DNA from: Candidatus Bathyarchaeota archaeon
GTDB lineage: Archaea; Thermoproteota; Bathyarchaeia; Bathyarchaeales; Bathycorpusculaceae
Reading direction: 5' to 3'
NCBI GenBank assembly: GCA_963826715.1
Contig: CAWGYA010000008.1
Span: 1,216,001 to 1,280,000, forward strand
Length of the DNA stretch: 64,000 nt
Each line of letters begins with the position of its first letter. The stretch's first letter is position 1. Made by a program: the position numbers and the translations under genes. Shown here piece after piece: positions 9,659 through 19,214 of the stretch. The notes under the pieces were generated by a model. That model was given only the letters and a program-made list of their open reading frames with translations. It searched no databases and was not told the DNA's origin.

Positions 9659-10641
9659 ACTCCTCCAACACCAATTTTATCTTGAACCATCGCTGAATCA
9701 GGCGACAGATCTTTATTTGTGACTGAACGAAGTGCATCGACACTTAAAAACTCAAGCGGTGCCCCCAATCTCGCCACGGCATCTATCATGGGCTGAGAGC
9801 TACGTTTAATGTCTACTGTCGCAAACTTGTATACACGTGCCAACGGTATATGCACCCGCTCCAAGGCAGAATCAACTGCTTCTATTATGCTATCTACACT
9901 TGCGTCTTTGCGTGCGCCTAGACCCACTACAATTTGATATGTTTTGAGTATGGTGAAGGGCTTCACGAATTTGGTTATTGTAAGCGGATCATGAGTTATT
10001 ATGATGCCCGCATCAAAACTGTTGAGGATTTCTAATGCCTCTAAGCTGTTCACTGCATTTTTCACATCGTAGCCGCTAAGCGCGTTAGATGGGATTTTTA
10101 CGTTACCCACCAATATGTAAACCAAGCGCTCGCCATTCACAATAGCAGAGTTAACGCCGACTAAGCTGTCGGGGTTCTGGATGGTCAACTGCAGATTTTT
10201 AGCTATTTCCTCCACGCTAAGTTTGCCTATTGAATCAGTCGCGGTCGTTATGACCGGAATAGCGTTTATGCCTTTCGCTATTATGCGGGCTAAGTCGTTG
10301 GCGCCGCCCAGATGACCCGAAAGCAAACTGATAACGAATTTACCTGTAGCGTCAACCCCCAAAACTGCAGGATCAGTAAGTTTACTCTCCAAAAGTGGCG
10401 CAACAGCTCGAATAGTGATTCCTGTAGCCATAACTGAGACTATTCCATCGACTTTGCTATAGACTTCTTTAACAAACTCAGCCAGTTTCTTATCGATTAT
10501 CACAACCCCGATTTGGCTGTACTTTCTCGGGGCATAAGTTGTGCAAGGCAATTCTGCATTATCAAGTGCCTTCTGAATTTTGAGTGCGGTTTCAACACCC
10601 AGCCGTGTAATTGCAACTACAGCTATTCCTTTATCATACAT
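9556..10641 (-). CDS. cbiG: Cobalt-precorrin-5A hydrolase
   Basis: MATGITIR...DPAVL...SLLSGHLGGAN...VITTATD...GVCERAA. Confidence 0.93.
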   Translation of the reverse strand: MYDKGIAVVAITRLGVETALKIQKALDNAELPCTTYAPRKYSQIGVVIIDKKLAEFVKEVYSKVDGIVSVMATGITIRAVAPLLESKLTDPAVLGVDATGKFVISLLSGHLGGANDLARIIAKGINAIPVITTATDSIGKLSVEEIAKNLQLTIQNPDSLVGVNSAIVNGERLVYILVGNVKIPSNALSGYDVKNAVNSLEALEILNSFDAGIIITHDPLTITKFVKPFTILKTYQIVVGLGARKDASVDSIIEAVDSALERVHIPLARVYKFATVDIKRSSQPMIDAVARLGAPLEFLSVDALRSVTNKDLSPDSAMVQDKIGVGGVCERAALLVAGNNAKLILKKTKQNGVTVAIAEGT

Positions 10642-11406
10642 TTATTCTTCGCCCTTACGGAACCCCGTGGTGAATTTGGGGTCATAAAGCTTCGACAAAT
10701 CATATGCTTTGGGATCCAAAACTTTTCCAACAAAAATCAACGCGGTCTCTGTAATATTTTCTGCCCGAACTTTCTCAACAATATCTGCTAAGGTAGCTTT
10801 GACAATTTTCTGTTCAGGCCATGTTGCTTTATATACAACTTGACATGGGGTCTCTTTTGGGTACCCACCTTTCTGAAGCTCTTCAACAACACGGGCGATG
10901 TGAGGTGTACCGAGGAAAATGACCATTGTAGCTTGATGAACGGCAAGTTTACGAATACTTTCCGCTTCAGGAACCGGGGTACGTCCTTCTGGACGAGTAA
11001 TAATGACTGTTTGGCTAATATTTGGAAGGGTCAACTCACGGTTTAGAGCTGCGGCTCCGCCAAGAAGGCAGCTGATGCCGGGGATACGAAAATATTCTAT
11101 ACCCTCATTATCAAGTGCCGTCATAAGTTCTTGAATAGCCCCATAGAAACTGGGGTCACCATCGTGGAGGCGGCAAACAAGTTTGTTGGTTCTGGCACCT
11201 TCTACTATAACCTTTATCATTTCAGGTAGACCCATTCCAGCACTGTCATGGAGTTCTACACCTTTTTTGCAGTATTTGAGATATTCTGGATTAAGTAAGC
11301 TACCAGTAAAAATTACAACATCAGCTTGCTCCAGCCATCGTTTCCCCTTGAGCGTGATGAGTTCGGGATCGCCTGGACCAGCCCCTATAAACACAACTTT
11401 ATTCAT
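10642..11406 (-). CDS. cbiF: Cobalt-precorrin-4 C11-methyltransferase
   Basis: GAGPGDPELITLKG, RLHDGDPSFYGAIQE, YKATWPE, SKLYDPKF. Confidence 0.94.
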   Translation of the reverse strand: MNKVVFIGAGPGDPELITLKGKRWLEQADVVIFTGSLLNPEYLKYCKKGVELHDSAGMGLPEMIKVIVEGARTNKLVCRLHDGDPSFYGAIQELMTALDNEGIEYFRIPGISCLLGGAAALNRELTLPNISQTVIITRPEGRTPVPEAESIRKLAVHQATMVIFLGTPHIARVVEELQKGGYPKETPCQVVYKATWPEQKIVKATLADIVEKVRAENITETALIFVGKVLDPKAYDLSKLYDPKFTTGFRKGEE

Positions 11407-12179
11407 ACTCTACAACTTCCGTTGACATATCCATTTTTCCAATGAATAGGTACCTGGCTTTTTTTAATTATTGCAACTGAAAAATAATCCTCAGATATGT
11501 CCCATTCAGCTACTTCGCCTAATTTACCTACCAGCACCTTCTCTTCGGGCAGAGTGCAACGTTTAACCAACGCGATCGTCGAGTTTGAAGTGAAACCTGA
11601 TCTTAACAGAATTGGGATGAATTCTTTGATATGATATGCACACTTCATAAACACAAGATTTTCAGCATGTTTAGCGGCTTCTTCAATGTGAGAGAGACTA
11701 AGGTTTGAAGGAATTATAGTTACCACCTCATCCTTTTCTGCTAACGGCAGCTTAGAAGAAGCAGCAACAGCAGTTACTGAAGTTACCCCAGGGATAATTT
11801 CCAGTTCAATTTCTGGATAAGTCTCTTTTATGCACTCATAGAGGTATAGAAAAGTGCTATAAAGCATAGGGTCGCCCAAGGTAATGAATGCGACATTACC
11901 TTGTTTAGCTTTGTTGGCTACTATACCCGCATTTTCCAACCAGAGTTTACGGTTGTTGAGGTCATCTCTTGTCATGGGAAAAACAAGTTCCAAAATCTCA
12001 GCGGGTTTCAATCGTTCACTAAGGATCGGCTTAACCATGTTGAGTGCCATGCTGGGCTTTTTCGCATGAGATTTAGGAACGCAAATAAAATCAACTGACT
12101 TCAATGCCTTTGCCGCTTTAAGTGTAATGAGTTCAGGATCCCCTGGACCAACTCCGATGCCTATGAATACGCCCACCAA
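11403..12179 (-). CDS. cbiL: Cobalt-sirohydrochlorin / precorrin-2 C20-methyltransferase
   Basis: GVGPGDPELITLKA, FPM, ITLGDPMLYSTF. Confidence 0.92.
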   Translation of the reverse strand: MVGVFIGIGVGPGDPELITLKAAKALKSVDFICVPKSHAKKPSMALNMVKPILSERLKPAEILELVFPMTRDDLNNRKLWLENAGIVANKAKQGNVAFITLGDPMLYSTFLYLYECIKETYPEIELEIIPGVTSVTAVAASSKLPLAEKDEVVTIIPSNLSLSHIEEAAKHAENLVFMKCAYHIKEFIPILLRSGFTSNSTIALVKRCTLPEEKVLVGKLGEVAEWDISEDYFSVAIIKKSQVPIHWKNGYVNGSCRV

Positions 12180-12192
12180 TCAAGTGTTCCCC

Positions 12193-12798
12193 TTAAATTT
12201 TAGTTGCTGAAACTATTGTAATTGGATTTCTTGCCAACATCATAGTGCCGCTGTTTATTTGTTTTCCCTTCGACACTATAACACTTGTAATATCGATATC
12301 TCTAAAGCCCAATGACTTTAGTTCCTCAATAGCAATTGTTGCAGTCTCCAAAAGAATAGCATTTACTACAATTCTGCCCCCCTGCTTAAGTTTAACATTG
12401 GCAACCTGAAGAATAGCTCGCAATGCAACGCCACCTCCGCCGACTAAAAAAGCATCGACCTTTGGGAGATTAAGCAGTCCCCCTGGAGCTTTGCCCATAG
12501 AAAGGGAAACAATTCCTTCGACACCGAATTTCTGCACATTGCTTCTAGTTAACTCTATGGCTGAGGCATCTTCGTCTATAGCGTACACTCTGCCTTTAGC
12601 GCTTACTTGCAAAGCAGCCTCAACAGTTAAACCACCTGTACCACAGCCAACATCAACCACAACTGAGCCTTCAGTAAGTCGTGCCTTGCTTATAGTGATC
12701 ACTCTAATTTCTTCTTTAGTTGGACCTGGAACCGCATCGTTCTGGTTAAAAGCTTCATCTGGAATTCCAGGCGTCTTGTATATCCAATTCTTTACCAT
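12193..12798 (-). CDS. cbiT: Cobalt-precorrin-6B C15-methyltransferase (decarboxylating)
   Basis: PGIPDEAF...TKEEIR, DVGCGTGG, ARNPI. Confidence 0.93.
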   Translation of the reverse strand: MVKNWIYKTPGIPDEAFNQNDAVPGPTKEEIRVITISKARLTEGSVVVDVGCGTGGLTVEAALQVSAKGRVYAIDEDASAIELTRSNVQKFGVEGIVSLSMGKAPGGLLNLPKVDAFLVGGGGVALRAILQVANVKLKQGGRIVVNAILLETATIAIEELKSLGFRDIDITSVIVSKGKQINSGTMMLARNPITIVSATKI

Positions 12799-12815
12799 AA
12801 ATACTCAACTATCTG

Positions 12816-13481
12816 TTAACTAAGTGGATGCTTGATAACCATTACACATAGAGCCCCATAACTCTGGCTGGCAACCTTCTCCAAGGTGGTTAAGCTAACT
12901 TTTTCGTTTTCTAAGGTCAATTTTTCGCAGATATACACTTGTGTTTGCTTATCTGCCCCCGTCTCTAATAGTAATGCTGCAATGTCTTTAGGCGCAAAAT
13001 CTTTCTGGGCAGGTAGAAGCAAAATATCATATCCACATTGGAATGCTGAAACCAGTTTGCCCTTTTGATCATTGCTCACATCACCTTCATGGAACGTAAA
13101 CAAACGTGCATTATCCCAGCTTAAGTTTAATCTCGCAGCGCAGGCTTGAATTGAACTGACGCCTGGAACAACCGTGATGTCTTCTTTCGGGATTAAACCA
13201 CTTTCCAGCACAGTATGAAGTAAGCCTGAGAAACCTGGGTCACCCGTGGAGAGCAACGCCACAGTTTTACCGTCCCTGACAGCTTGAGCCGCCTTCTTGA
13301 GGCTTTCCAGCAGGTTTTTAGCAGTTAAAACAATTGTTTCTCCATTAATTTCATCGGAAAAAAGGTTAACACTTCTCTGGGCTCCGACAACAACATATGC
13401 TTCCCGCACAACTTTTCTGGCTGCTGGCGTAACATAATCCGGTGACCCTGGTCCTACGCCGACTATGACAAGTTTAGCCAA
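12816..13481 (-). CDS. cbiE: Cobalt-precorrin-7 C5-methyltransferase
   Basis: VGVGPGSPDY, STGDPGFSG, PGVSSIQACAAR, EKLTLENE. Confidence 0.92.
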   Translation of the reverse strand: MAKLVIVGVGPGSPDYVTPAARKVVREAYVVVGAQRSVNLFSDEINGETIVLTAKNLLESLKKAAQAVRDGKTVALLSTGDPGFSGLLHTVLESGLIPKEDITVVPGVSSIQACAARLNLSWDNARLFTFHEGDVSNDQKGKLVSAFQCGYDILLLPAQKDFAPKDIAALLLETGADKQTQVYICEKLTLENEKVSLTTLEKVASQSYGALCVMVIKHPLS

Positions 13482-14563
13482 GGTTTATCGCACCGCGCAT
13501 TTTGATCCATTCCAAGAACTTTACCATCCATAGCAACAATTACTACACTAATTTTAATTTTATTTTCCACACGGTCGCTGACGCGTTGATGCACCCTCTC
13601 CGCAATGCGGTCATAGGTAGCTTCTATGAGATTTGATTGACGCAGAATCTCTGTAGCTTCATCCGTAGTATTTGCCTCAAGTAGTTGCCTGATACTTTTT
13701 GTATCTGCACCTGCGGCACCTGCGTAGGACGCAATTACTTCGTTGCGTGAGTCGCCCACTTTGTGATGAGTGTTAAAAATTTTTGCTGCCAACTTGACTA
13801 GTTTGCCCGAGTGCCCCAGTAAGATTATTTCTTTGATGCCTTTTTCGACAGCTTTGTCAAGCATGTAACCGACAAAGTCGCCCGTCTGCACAATAGCGTC
13901 TTCGGGCACGCCGAACTGTTGTTTGGCAATGCGTTCCCCTATGTTACCGGGTACAAAGAGGATGCGTTTGTAGCCTCGCGCTATGGCAACGTCGATTTGC
14001 GGTACAAGGGAGCGCCGGCAGGCTTCCAGCGAGAGCGGTTTAACGACACCTGTGGTGCCAAGTATTGATACCCCGCCTTTTATGCCGAGTTTATCGTTCA
14101 TTGTCTTTTTGGTTATGTTTGCGCCTTCGGGTGCGCTGATTAGTATTTCGGCTCCTTTACCCCCGGGCAAGACTTCTTTTACGGCTTCAGTTATCATTGC
14201 TTTTGGGACAGGGTTTATGGCTCCTTCACCTATAGGCACCTGCAAACCTGCCTTAGTGACAATACCGATACCGGCGCCACTTTTAATGGTAATTTTGCCG
14301 TCGTCCGTGAGCTTGACGATCGCTACGATTTCCATTTTGTCGGTAGCATCTATGTCTTCTCCCGCATCCTTAACTGCGATCGCCTCTGCAGAATCCTCCG
14401 AGAGTTTACGGCTGGATTTCACGGGCACCTCAAACCGCAACCCGATAGGGGTTGGGATAACTACCCGCTCCACTGGCTCCTTTAACGCGGCAATGGTGGC
14501 AGCTTTTGCTGCCGCTGCAGCCGTTGCCCCTGTTGTAATGCCGTACTTTAAAAAACGTGCCAA
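13463..14563 (-). CDS. cbiD: Cobalt-precorrin-5B C1-methyltransferase
   Basis: GITTGATAAAA, KDAGEDIDAT, AINPVP, GGVSILGTTG, GKLVKLA. Confidence 0.95.
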   Translation of the reverse strand: MARFLKYGITTGATAAAAAKAATIAALKEPVERVVIPTPIGLRFEVPVKSSRKLSEDSAEAIAVKDAGEDIDATDKMEIVAIVKLTDDGKITIKSGAGIGIVTKAGLQVPIGEGAINPVPKAMITEAVKEVLPGGKGAEILISAPEGANITKKTMNDKLGIKGGVSILGTTGVVKPLSLEACRRSLVPQIDVAIARGYKRILFVPGNIGERIAKQQFGVPEDAIVQTGDFVGYMLDKAVEKGIKEIILLGHSGKLVKLAAKIFNTHHKVGDSRNEVIASYAGAAGADTKSIRQLLEANTTDEATEILRQSNLIEATYDRIAERVHQRVSDRVENKIKISVVIVAMDGKVLGMDQNARCDKPWLNLS

Positions 14564-14575
14564 CTATTTCCCTCT

Positions 14576-15649
14576 CTAACCGTACAATTTGCCTTCAGCT
14601 TTCGTAAGGAGGGCATTAAAGACTGCAACCGCTATTGTGCTTCCACCTTTGCGTCCACGAGTAATCACAAAGGGAACTGAAAGTTTTGCTACAACCTCTT
14701 TGGATTCTGCTGCACCTACAAAGCCCACCGGAACCCCAACGATCAAAGCTGGTTTTACTTTGCCCGCTTTGATTTGATCTGCCAATTCGAAAGCCGCAGT
14801 TGGGGCATTACCAATTAGTATGATTGCGCCATCTAGGCCGTCTTTAATGGCTAAACGCATGGCCGCTGCAGATCGTGTTAAGCCTTCCTTCTTGGCAAGT
14901 TCCATTGCCCTTTCATCATTCATATAAGTGACAACTCTGCTACCGAATTTTTTAAGCCGAGCATCGTTGATTCCTGCTTTCACCATTTTTACGTCGGTGA
15001 CAACTTTTGCACCTGCTTTGATGGCGGCTACTCCTGATTTGACGGCATCGTCACTTATGACTAAGAGTTTAGCAAATTCTGGATCAGCGGTAGTATGAAC
15101 AACCCGTTCAACAATTGCCACTTTATCTTCAGGGAGCTTGGCTAATTCGTCACCTATCGCTTCTCGGATAAGCATCATGCTTTTGTCGACTATTTTGCCT
15201 GCTTTCTCAACGCTGTAGGCGTCTACGATTTCACTGTCTTTTTTTATTTCTATTCCGAGGGCTTTTTCAGCTTTTTCTTCTAGGATATCAGCTATGCGTT
15301 CGTCGCTGCCCAATGGTTCGCCGTAGACGAGTTCTATGCCTTTCTCTTTAAGCATAGGTTCTTTTTCTTTTACACCTATTAAATCCGGTATATCTTCGGT
15401 GGTGTGAACTCCAGGGGCAAGGAACGCTGGAACCAGAACAATCTTTACTGCTCCATTAGAAACTGCTTCATCTATTGCTTCATTTACGGTTGGGGTGTCA
15501 CGTATCATAAATGCTATTTTAACTGTTCTAAATTTGCCTCGACTGCGAAGCATTGTTGCGAGTTTTTCAAGGTTTTCTCGATTATGGGGCAGTTTACTTC
15601 CATGCCCAATTAATATCAAACCAACAGTGTCTAAAGCTGTTTTATTCAA
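14576..15649 (-). CDS. cbiXC: Fusion of sirohydrochlorin cobaltochelatase (CbiX-S) and cobalt-precorrin-8 methylmutase (CbiC)
   Basis: N-terminal GHGS...FLAPGVHTTEDIP; C-terminal RVVHTTADP, TDVKMV, TRS, GNAPTA, GVPVGFVGAAESK, GRKGGS. Confidence 0.9.
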   Translation of the reverse strand: MNKTALDTVGLILIGHGSKLPHNRENLEKLATMLRSRGKFRTVKIAFMIRDTPTVNEAIDEAVSNGAVKIVLVPAFLAPGVHTTEDIPDLIGVKEKEPMLKEKGIELVYGEPLGSDERIADILEEKAEKALGIEIKKDSEIVDAYSVEKAGKIVDKSMMLIREAIGDELAKLPEDKVAIVERVVHTTADPEFAKLLVISDDAVKSGVAAIKAGAKVVTDVKMVKAGINDARLKKFGSRVVTYMNDERAMELAKKEGLTRSAAAMRLAIKDGLDGAIILIGNAPTAAFELADQIKAGKVKPALIVGVPVGFVGAAESKEVVAKLSVPFVITRGRKGGSTIAVAVFNALLTKAEGKLYG

Positions 15650-16935
15650 CTATTTTTCCCCGTTTTCTCAAACAATTTAGCCGCAACCTCGATGGCTTGC
15701 TTGTCACCGTTTTTTGCTGCCACCCTAAGATTTTCAACAACTGGAATAAAGGTTTGCTTGAGCAAAATGGATGTTAAATCATTTAAAACACGTTTTTGGC
15801 GCTCATCAAGGTCACCCATCATGCTAAGTGCGGTGACAAGTTCCCTTTGGCGAATCTGTTCAGTTTGAGAGAGAATTTCGGATATGATTAATCGTACGCT
15901 GAAACTCTTCATGTCTTCCTCCAGGATGAGGAGTTCTTCGTCTAGGAGAGTTTGGGCTTTCTCTATAGCTTTTTCCCGCTGGGCTTTATTTTTTTCTGCA
16001 ATCATCTGAAGGTCGTCGATACAATAGAGTTTAGCCCCTCCAACCTCAACTACGGATTTTTCGACGTTTCGAGGGTTAGAGATGTCAATAATGATCATTG
16101 GAGTAGGGTTCTTGCGAAGCGACATTAAATGTCTGATAATTTCTTTAGTTAACAAGTAATGAGGCGCCGAAGTTGAACATATCACTACATCGGCGTCAAC
16201 CATGACTTCATCGAACTTATCCCACCGTACCGCTTGTCCCTTGAGGTCTTCGGCAAGTTTGACCGCACGATCATAGGTTCGGTTGGCTATGAAAATTGGG
16301 CTTAAACAGCGGCGAGCTAAAGCTTTAGAGACAAGTGTGCCGATTTCGCCTGCCCCCATGACGAGGATTTTTTTATCCTCCAAATTTCCTAGTATTGTTA
16401 CGGCTAATTCAACTGCAGCTGAGCCAATAGAAACGGCACCTTTATTAATACCTGTTTTGCTGCGGACTTTTCTACCTACCGTCATGGCTCTGTTAAAGAG
16501 ATGCTTGAGAATTGGACCCAAAGTTTTTGCCTTATCTGCCATGAGGTAAGCGTCCCAGACTTGGTTTAGGATTTGATCCTCTCCAATAACCATGGACTCC
16601 ATACCTGAGGTGACTCTTAGCAGGTGATTGAAGGCATCGTTATCCGTGTTGATTTCTAAGGCTTTTGCCACTTCAGCTTCGTGATCGCCTGCCTTTTTTG
16701 CCAGCCAGTTCTTAGCGGTTGCAGATGTGGTTTTTGCTTCTTCACTGACAAGGTAGATTTCTATTCGGTTACAAGTTTGAAGATAGATGCATTCCTCTAC
16801 GCCCTCTAAGTTGCGTATCTCTTCAAGGGCTTCAGACTTCTCTTTGAAGGCGACTGCTTCCATTAGCATTACACGCGCTGTTTTATGCGTGATGCAAATG
16901 TTGATAACGTGGTCTACCTTCGCCTTGGAATGCAT
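15646..16935 (-). CDS. hemA: Glutamyl-tRNA reductase
   Basis: TCNRIE, SGMESMVIGEDQILNQV, GAGEIG, ANRT, DISNPRNV. Confidence 0.96.
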   Translation of the reverse strand: MHSKAKVDHVINICITHKTARVMLMEAVAFKEKSEALEEIRNLEGVEECIYLQTCNRIEIYLVSEEAKTTSATAKNWLAKKAGDHEAEVAKALEINTDNDAFNHLLRVTSGMESMVIGEDQILNQVWDAYLMADKAKTLGPILKHLFNRAMTVGRKVRSKTGINKGAVSIGSAAVELAVTILGNLEDKKILVMGAGEIGTLVSKALARRCLSPIFIANRTYDRAVKLAEDLKGQAVRWDKFDEVMVDADVVICSTSAPHYLLTKEIIRHLMSLRKNPTPMIIIDISNPRNVEKSVVEVGGAKLYCIDDLQMIAEKNKAQREKAIEKAQTLLDEELLILEEDMKSFSVRLIISEILSQTEQIRQRELVTALSMMGDLDERQKRVLNDLTSILLKQTFIPVVENLRVAAKNGDKQAIEVAAKLFEKTGKNS

Positions 16936-16998
16936 GGTTGGATAAACCGACCGGCTTAAATATAACGTTTACGGTAAATACAATTCAGGGCTCTTTGG

Positions 16999-18564
16999 TT
17001 GATTTTACATCACAAAATTGGTCTAATTTATCTTCCAGGTGCGCTTCCATGCTTTGAAGACTTCGGGAACCTCCCAACCCATATAGTAACCGCCGATGCT
17101 CAAGTCAACGGCAAGCCCGCATCGGAGGTTTTAGACATGCTTATTATTCCAGGCGGTAGTTTGGTTGAATCCCAAAGCGTTAACCCCCAAGTTACCCGCG
17201 AAATTATGAAGATGGCAGAATCGGGCAAGTTCGTGCTGGGGGTCTGCTCGGGATTTCAGGTTTTGGCAAAAGAAACTGATGTCGGACGCCTTTCGACAAT
17301 TCCTATCACACGCGCGGGGATGGGGTTACTGGACGCCGAATTCAAACCGCTCGTTTGCACTGACCGTGTTACTGCCAGCGTAGTCGACAAGAGCTTCATA
17401 ACACAGGAACTTGGAAAAGAGGTCTCAGGTTTTCACTGCCACACTTATGGGCAGATTGTGCTCCATGGTGGCTCCAAACCAATCATAATAACTCACGCCA
17501 AACGCGTTAATTACAAAAAAAACCCACAGGAACTGATTTCTGGTGTCGCCAACAAAGAAGGCAACGTAGTAGGAGTATTCATCCACTCACTGCTCGACCA
17601 GAACCCAACAATTATTGAAAGTATCCAAAAATCACTTGACATCAACCAGCTTGAGCTCGATGCTATCCGGCAAGAAAACTCTAAACTCTTGGAGAAAATC
17701 AAAGGCGAAGTCGGCATAGCAACCAATATCCGCCAAAAAACATCAATTGCTCAAAAATCATCCAAGTTAATCATGGTCACCGCATTAGGCAGTGGCTCAG
17801 GTAAAACCTTCATCGTAACAGGTATCGCAGGAGCCCTGAAGAAGCGAGGTTTCAAAGTTGGCGTCATAAAAGTGGGCGGAGACATCCGCGACGCTGTGCC
17901 ATCGCTTTACCTACTCAAGGAGCCAATTAAGGAGTTTTCATCAATTAAAATTGGAGAGAGCGGCTGGACTCCACTGGAACAAGCAGTTATGGACGCGAGC
18001 AAAATATACGATTTCCTGCTTGTAGAGGGTGCAATGAGTGCATTTACTGGGCTGCTTAACGATAATTTTAAGCGTCCCATGTCCACAGCTGAGGTTGCGG
18101 CTGCCCTTGGAGCTTCCACCATAGTTGTTGTGGGCTGCGATAAGGAAGGCTTAGAGGGAGCTCTAATTAGCACTTTAAATTATGTGAACACACTTCGGAA
18201 CCTTGACGTGAATATGAAGGGTGTAATACTAAATAAGCTGCGAATTAGCTACATAACAGACGAAACGAAACAGATGATGAAGCAAGCATTCGCCAAAGCA
18301 GGTGTGGAGCTGCTGGGCATGGTTCCCCGTCTAGACTTAGAAGGCAGAGGTATGATCCCAGAAATCGAAATCCGCTACGAAGACTTTGGAGCCCAAGCCA
18401 TTGATGCCGCAGAAAAAAACATCAACCTCGACATGCTAAATCAAATTGCTGCCCCACCCAAATATGCCAAGATAGACTACGATGCGTTCACTGCTAAATT
18501 CAAAAAACTCTTAACCAACAACACTCTTAACGCTTATCAAGGTGGAAACAAAGAAAATTGCTAA
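16999..18564 (+). CDS. CobQ/CobB-type glutamine amidotransferase domain followed by CbiA-like ATPase domain (swapped order)
   Basis: IIPGGS, GVCSGFQVL (catalytic Cys), GVFIHSLL; then GSGSGKT P-loop, VEGAMSAFTG, STAEVA, GVILNK. Confidence 0.78.
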   Translation: MILHHKIGLIYLPGALPCFEDFGNLPTHIVTADAQVNGKPASEVLDMLIIPGGSLVESQSVNPQVTREIMKMAESGKFVLGVCSGFQVLAKETDVGRLSTIPITRAGMGLLDAEFKPLVCTDRVTASVVDKSFITQELGKEVSGFHCHTYGQIVLHGGSKPIIITHAKRVNYKKNPQELISGVANKEGNVVGVFIHSLLDQNPTIIESIQKSLDINQLELDAIRQENSKLLEKIKGEVGIATNIRQKTSIAQKSSKLIMVTALGSGSGKTFIVTGIAGALKKRGFKVGVIKVGGDIRDAVPSLYLLKEPIKEFSSIKIGESGWTPLEQAVMDASKIYDFLLVEGAMSAFTGLLNDNFKRPMSTAEVAAALGASTIVVVGCDKEGLEGALISTLNYVNTLRNLDVNMKGVILNKLRISYITDETKQMMKQAFAKAGVELLGMVPRLDLEGRGMIPEIEIRYEDFGAQAIDAAEKNINLDMLNQIAAPPKYAKIDYDAFTAKFKKLLTNNTLNAYQGGNKENC

Positions 18565-19214
18565 TTGACCTCAAACTTGACGGAAAAACTGTTATGGTAG
18601 TTGGTGGCGGAGAAGAAGGTTATCGTAAAACTCAAAGCTTCGTTGACTCAGGCGCAAAAATCTGGGTTATAAGCAGGGACTTCTCAGAAGGTATCCAGCG
18701 GTTAGGCAAGGAGAAGAAGATTGCTTTGCTAAAGACAGGTATTAAGGAAGCCCAAGCATTTTTCGATAGCCTTAGCCCCAAGCCAGATTTCTTCTTGGCC
18801 GCCACAGATAATAGTGCTCTTAACCTTGAACTGCTTAAAGCCGCTAAATTTTATGGATGTATTGCCTACGCTGTAGACAACCCTGTGCAAAGCGACTTCA
18901 TACTGCCCGCAGTTGCTAAGGTCGGTGACGTGAAGGTTGCGGTTTCCACTAGCGGGAAAAGCCCCGCAATGGCACGGATCCTCCGTGAACGTATAGAGAA
19001 AATGGTTACCCCTCAAGACCTCCTTGAAATTGAACTCCAAGAAAAAACCCGTACAGCACTAAAAATCGCGGTTTCTGACCCCAAATTGCGAAGCAAAATG
19101 TTATATGATATTTTAAATAGTGTAGAAATCAAAAAGGTATTGTCCGAGGGCAAATTAGCTGAGGCTGAAACTCTGGCTATGACACTAATTAAGGAAAAGG
19201 AGTTAGCGAAATGA
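18558..19214 (+). CDS. sirC: Precorrin-2 dehydrogenase (siroheme synthase N-terminal type)
   Basis: VVGGG, AATD, VDNP..SDFILPA, VSTSGKSPAMA. Confidence 0.9.
   Translation: MLIDLKLDGKTVMVVGGGEEGYRKTQSFVDSGAKIWVISRDFSEGIQRLGKEKKIALLKTGIKEAQAFFDSLSPKPDFFLAATDNSALNLELLKAAKFYGCIAYAVDNPVQSDFILPAVAKVGDVKVAVSTSGKSPAMARILRERIEKMVTPQDLLEIELQEKTRTALKIAVSDPKLRSKMLYDILNSVEIKKVLSEGKLAEAETLAMTLIKEKELAK

Noticed and set aside
13983-14579. 198-aa + strand ORF and many similar antisense ORFs across the cbi, hem, trp and uvr genes
   Set aside because: Shadow ORFs opposite well-supported genes.
16936-16998. Cobalamin riboswitch upstream of the cbi operon
   Set aside because: The spacer is only 63 bp and has no B12-box.
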